From positions 1,713,505-1,753,020 of the forward strand of contig NMRA01000014.1 of assembly GCA_002633005.1 (NCBI GenBank): a DNA stretch of 39,516 bases, read 5' to 3'. The notes beneath the pieces are model-generated. The model was given only the letters and a program-made list of their open reading frames with translations, was not told the DNA's origin and did no database searches. This DNA is from Phoronis australis (lineage: Eukaryota > Animalia > Phoronida). Position numbers and translations under genes: made by a program. Within the stretch, counting starts at the first letter, position 1. Each line of letters begins with the position of its first letter. Positions 36,552 through 39,516 of the stretch are shown in pieces.

Positions 36552-37244
36552 ACTCAAGGCATATTTTAATGCTCGATTTCGCGTGCGCAAAGACGTTAAC
36601 AAGACTATTCATTTTGTCCGCCGCCCAATGAGATAAATATAGCTAGAGTTGAAGTCACGTGATTTTCGTTTAGTGGAGTGGTCCGCCATCTTGCTGATGA
36701 ACTATGTTAGTCAAGATGCGTTTGTGGTGTGTAGTATCTAGGAACCAATATTGGTAACAACACGTGATTCCAACTAAAACTCATAGCTTTAAAGTTAGGA
36801 TCATCAAGTGCAAACTAGGATTTTTAAAAGATCTTCCAAGAAAATCATTGAATACTTGAGCACAGAACTAATTAAAGTGTCTTAACACTTATCTTTAGTT
36901 ATATCAGAAAATATCAAAAAATAAAGTTTGTCCAGTATAACCCAGAATCAATGATATAATTTCTTGATCTTTCGAGCTTTAAAAAATGAAATTGAAATAA
37001 AATGATTTTGTGGGTGAAAACCCGACCGCAGAGACAATATTGTTCAACTTCTTTGGTCCCCGCATAACACCCACTTAAGTCGATGTTTCATGGTATTTGC
37101 TTGACTTTCCTTCTTAGTCCGATATGGGTTTAGTGACCTTATTCTCTCCGAGATATCTGTTGTTTTCTAGCAACGAAGAAACACAAAAAGTGATTACAAG
37201 ATTAATAGTTGTACATTTGTACAGAGTGGACACCAATTCGAAGA

Positions 37245-37580
37245 TTTATTAATATAGCCAGGTTATTAGGAATAGGGCAGGACCGAAGGACGGGATACCC
37301 CAAGAGTGCTACACCCCACATTGCTATATTGGGACGGTAGATGGATCGTTTCTGTAGATTTCAAGAGATGGGAGAAATGTTATGTAGCCTGGCAAACTAT
37401 TAAAATCTTCAACTGTCTTACTAGAGAGAAAGCAGCATTTATATGTTTTGTCTTGTTTATGGTCTTCTGATAGTTGCAGTGTATTAATGCCTGAGTATGT
37501 AGGACACGGCAGACAGACTTTAAGAGCATTGAGATTTGTCATATTTATTTTGTCGCGGGGTGTTGTCAACATCAATGTAC
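37245..37580 (-). mobile_element. 5'-truncated CR1-group (CR1/L2/Crack-like) LINE 3' end
   Basis: ORF 37324-37575 ends TYKCCFLSSKTVEDFNSLPGYITFLPSLEIYR, matching the ORF2 C-terminal K.SFF.RT..DWNSLP..I....SL..FK motif. A short 3' UTR ending in AATAAA follows. Confidence 0.7.
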
Positions 37581-38245
37581 TAGTAACATAACTGTGTGCC
37601 AGTAAATGTCAACAGAATTGAGGGATTAAATTAGAAATTGTTGAAATCTGACTTTTGCTGAAGTGGGGTGCAGTAACTTCGTACTAGTTAGACATTTCCC
37701 TTATACTGTCACGGTGGGATTTTACTACGTGAGGGTAATATTTTGAAATAAAACAAATGTTGCCCTTCTCGTTCTGGATGGCCAATCAGATGGACTCAGT
37801 GTGCTAGTTATTGACAGACAAAAAAACCTGCGATTCCACACGTATAAAAGGGGTAGGCCTACATTGATTTGTGTAAAAAATAATATTGGTAAAAATCAAT
37901 AATGCATACGGCTTTTTATAACTCTAGTTCCGCTGATATACATGTAATGCAGTCATCGTGTTGTTTTTCAACAGAGTTTATGACAGAACTGTTTGAAGTG
38001 TGAGACCGTGTCGTTTCAAACAGAACAAATTACCAGTTCACCATGCTAGGATGAATTAGGTACTAGGACAAGTAATGCTAGATAGTTTAAGAAAAGTTAC
38101 GTGCGTATCACTGACAGAAGTAGTTATCCTTGAGACAACTCAACACAAGCGTTTTATGTTTTGAGAAAACTTCTGAATATCGATATAATTATTATTCCTT
38201 GGTATAACCTGAAGTAGACACTTCCAATCACCTTTCGGGAAATTT

Positions 38246-38283
38246 GGTCTGTGCAAATGCATACTATGCATTTTGCACAGACC
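38246..38283. repeat. Near-perfect 38-bp palindrome
   Basis: GGTCTGTGCAAATGCATA-C-TATGCATTTTGCACAGACC (single 1-nt bulge). Confidence 0.9.
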
Positions 38284-38597
38284 TTCCGGCTTCGGCCGCC
38301 CAAGCAGTGGTGTTCACAGGGCACGCACGGCTAACCGATGTAAACGTGCGTGTCTTACCAACCAGTACAGGGTGTTGTGGGGGTCATTTGTGCATTCTTC
38401 TTTTTTATTGAAATGTAGTTAACATATCAGTTTCTGTAAATCTATCGTTTTGCAAAATTTTGCTCCCAACTTTCACTCAAACTGGCCTATGCCCTAAATT
38501 CCGAATATGCACGTGTACACAAACATGTACAGTTCCATCGGTCAATTGTTGCATACGATGACGCGAATTTGCATGCACGCATACTGCTGTCTGTATG

Positions 38598-38862
38598 CAT
38601 GGGCACTTTCAGGGTGGGGGGCTCGGGGTTCAAACGAGCCTCCCAATTTGGCGAATTGGGTTAAAGGGTCGGCCTCAATGAAAAAAGTCCGAGTAAACGA
38701 CACAAAATTCCACAAAGGTCGCTGGAAATCGGCGCCAGATGCACAATTCGTAGGCCTGAACTTTGTGGCCCCGTTTTTTTAGTCCTCGTTGATTTTATTC
38801 CGTAAAAGTCGCCATACAGAGAAATTTGAGCCCCCCTATATTTTAGGCTGGGTGCGAACATG
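38598..38862. mobile_element. hAT-like MITE family 2, copy B (inverted relative to 20580-20837)
   Basis: Reverse complement begins CATGTTCGCACCCAGCCTAAAATATAGGGGGGCTC (cf. CATGCACGCACCCAGCCTAAAAATTGGGGGCTC). It shares GAATTGTGCAT, TTCGCCAAAT and CCCCGAGCC with copy A. Flanks are GTATG / GTATA. Confidence 0.8.
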
Positions 38863-39495
38863 GTATACTGATCGATTTTCATGAGTTTCTATTACTTTTT
38901 TCTACTTAATGTTCAAGAGTTTCATACGAACGCATGCCTCAAATCTTTTTGTTCGAATAAATCAAGTGGCGTAGGTTCAAGGAATTTTAGACCCATACAA
39001 AAAACTTTGGGAATGCAGTGATGTAATGGGGCTCCGGAGAGCGGCCCCCTTGACCGTTGATCGCCTTGTCGATTTATAAACAACTGAAAAATAGGTACTA
39101 TACAATTAAGTTAATTCGGTTGCTGCATATTACCATTTTCTAAACTTTATACATTTCAGTGATTGTCTTTTCGACTCAGCCGATAAAACCTCAGTCCCAG
39201 GCCTTAGCGAAACTCCGTGAGGATTTCAGCCAAAGCATTAGGAATTTTGTCTTTAGAATGCCTTATCGTTTAAGCAATGGGTGGGTCACATGTTTACATT
39301 GCTTGATGTTACGAATAGTTTAAAACCTCGTTAGCATTTAAAATTTCAAATTTTATTCTGAAACCTCCCCGGCTTGCATAAGGCCACCGTGCTTTTGTTT
39401 GTACATAGAGTTCATCATCAATATGTCGGACTGCGAGTATAGTCGTATCGTTTCTATGTATATAGGCCTTCATGTAGCTCATTGGTATCATCTAT

Positions 39496-39516
39496 TATAT
39501 ATATATATATATATAT
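39496..39516. repeat. (TA)n microsatellite at window end
   Basis: TA run to the last base. Confidence 0.99.

Noticed and set aside
36570-36720. Promoter (CCAAT, GTCACGTGA, YY1-like CCGCCATCTT)
   Set aside because: No associated exon or ORF. Such motif clusters are common inside non-autonomous TEs, so it is left uncalled.
1-39516. Whole window as one giant element inserted into a (TA)n microsatellite
   Set aside because: The unique ends (TGTGACGTCA... and ...TATCATCTAT) show neither TIRs nor LTRs and no intact mobility gene is present. Assembly breakage at microsatellites is the simpler explanation.

Overview
AT-rich, intron/intergenic-like eukaryotic DNA, most consistent with a marine invertebrate (deuterostome-like; inference from the transposon families and TACATGTA enrichment). 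It is bounded at both ends by (TA)n microsatellites, probably contig breaks. No intact protein-coding gene, tRNA, rRNA or CRISPR array is supportable, and nearly all short ORFs in the track look like noise or pieces of decayed elements. The window is a graveyard of mobile DNA: several hAT-like MITEs, four of them flanked by 5-bp rather than 8-bp target-site duplications (hAT5-like); a TTAA-flanked, THAP-bearing Kolobok-like relic; an Academ-like transposase C-terminus; pogo and mariner relics; two LINE 3' ends; foldback elements; and two diverged repeat families, one carrying RFX X-boxes. The most notable leads are (i) a possible fragmented death-domain + caspase pseudogene on the + strand (about 17.3-25.7 kb), (ii) about 20-fold enrichment of TACATGTA, which is the classic Tc1 excision footprint, (iii) the 5-bp-TSD MITE set and (iv) a candidate minus-strand TATA/CCAAT promoter with a well-defined downstream exon near 6.9-7.3 kb. 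All protein-family calls were made by eye across frameshifts and need HMM confirmation. I found no convincing evidence of an intact, previously undescribed system.
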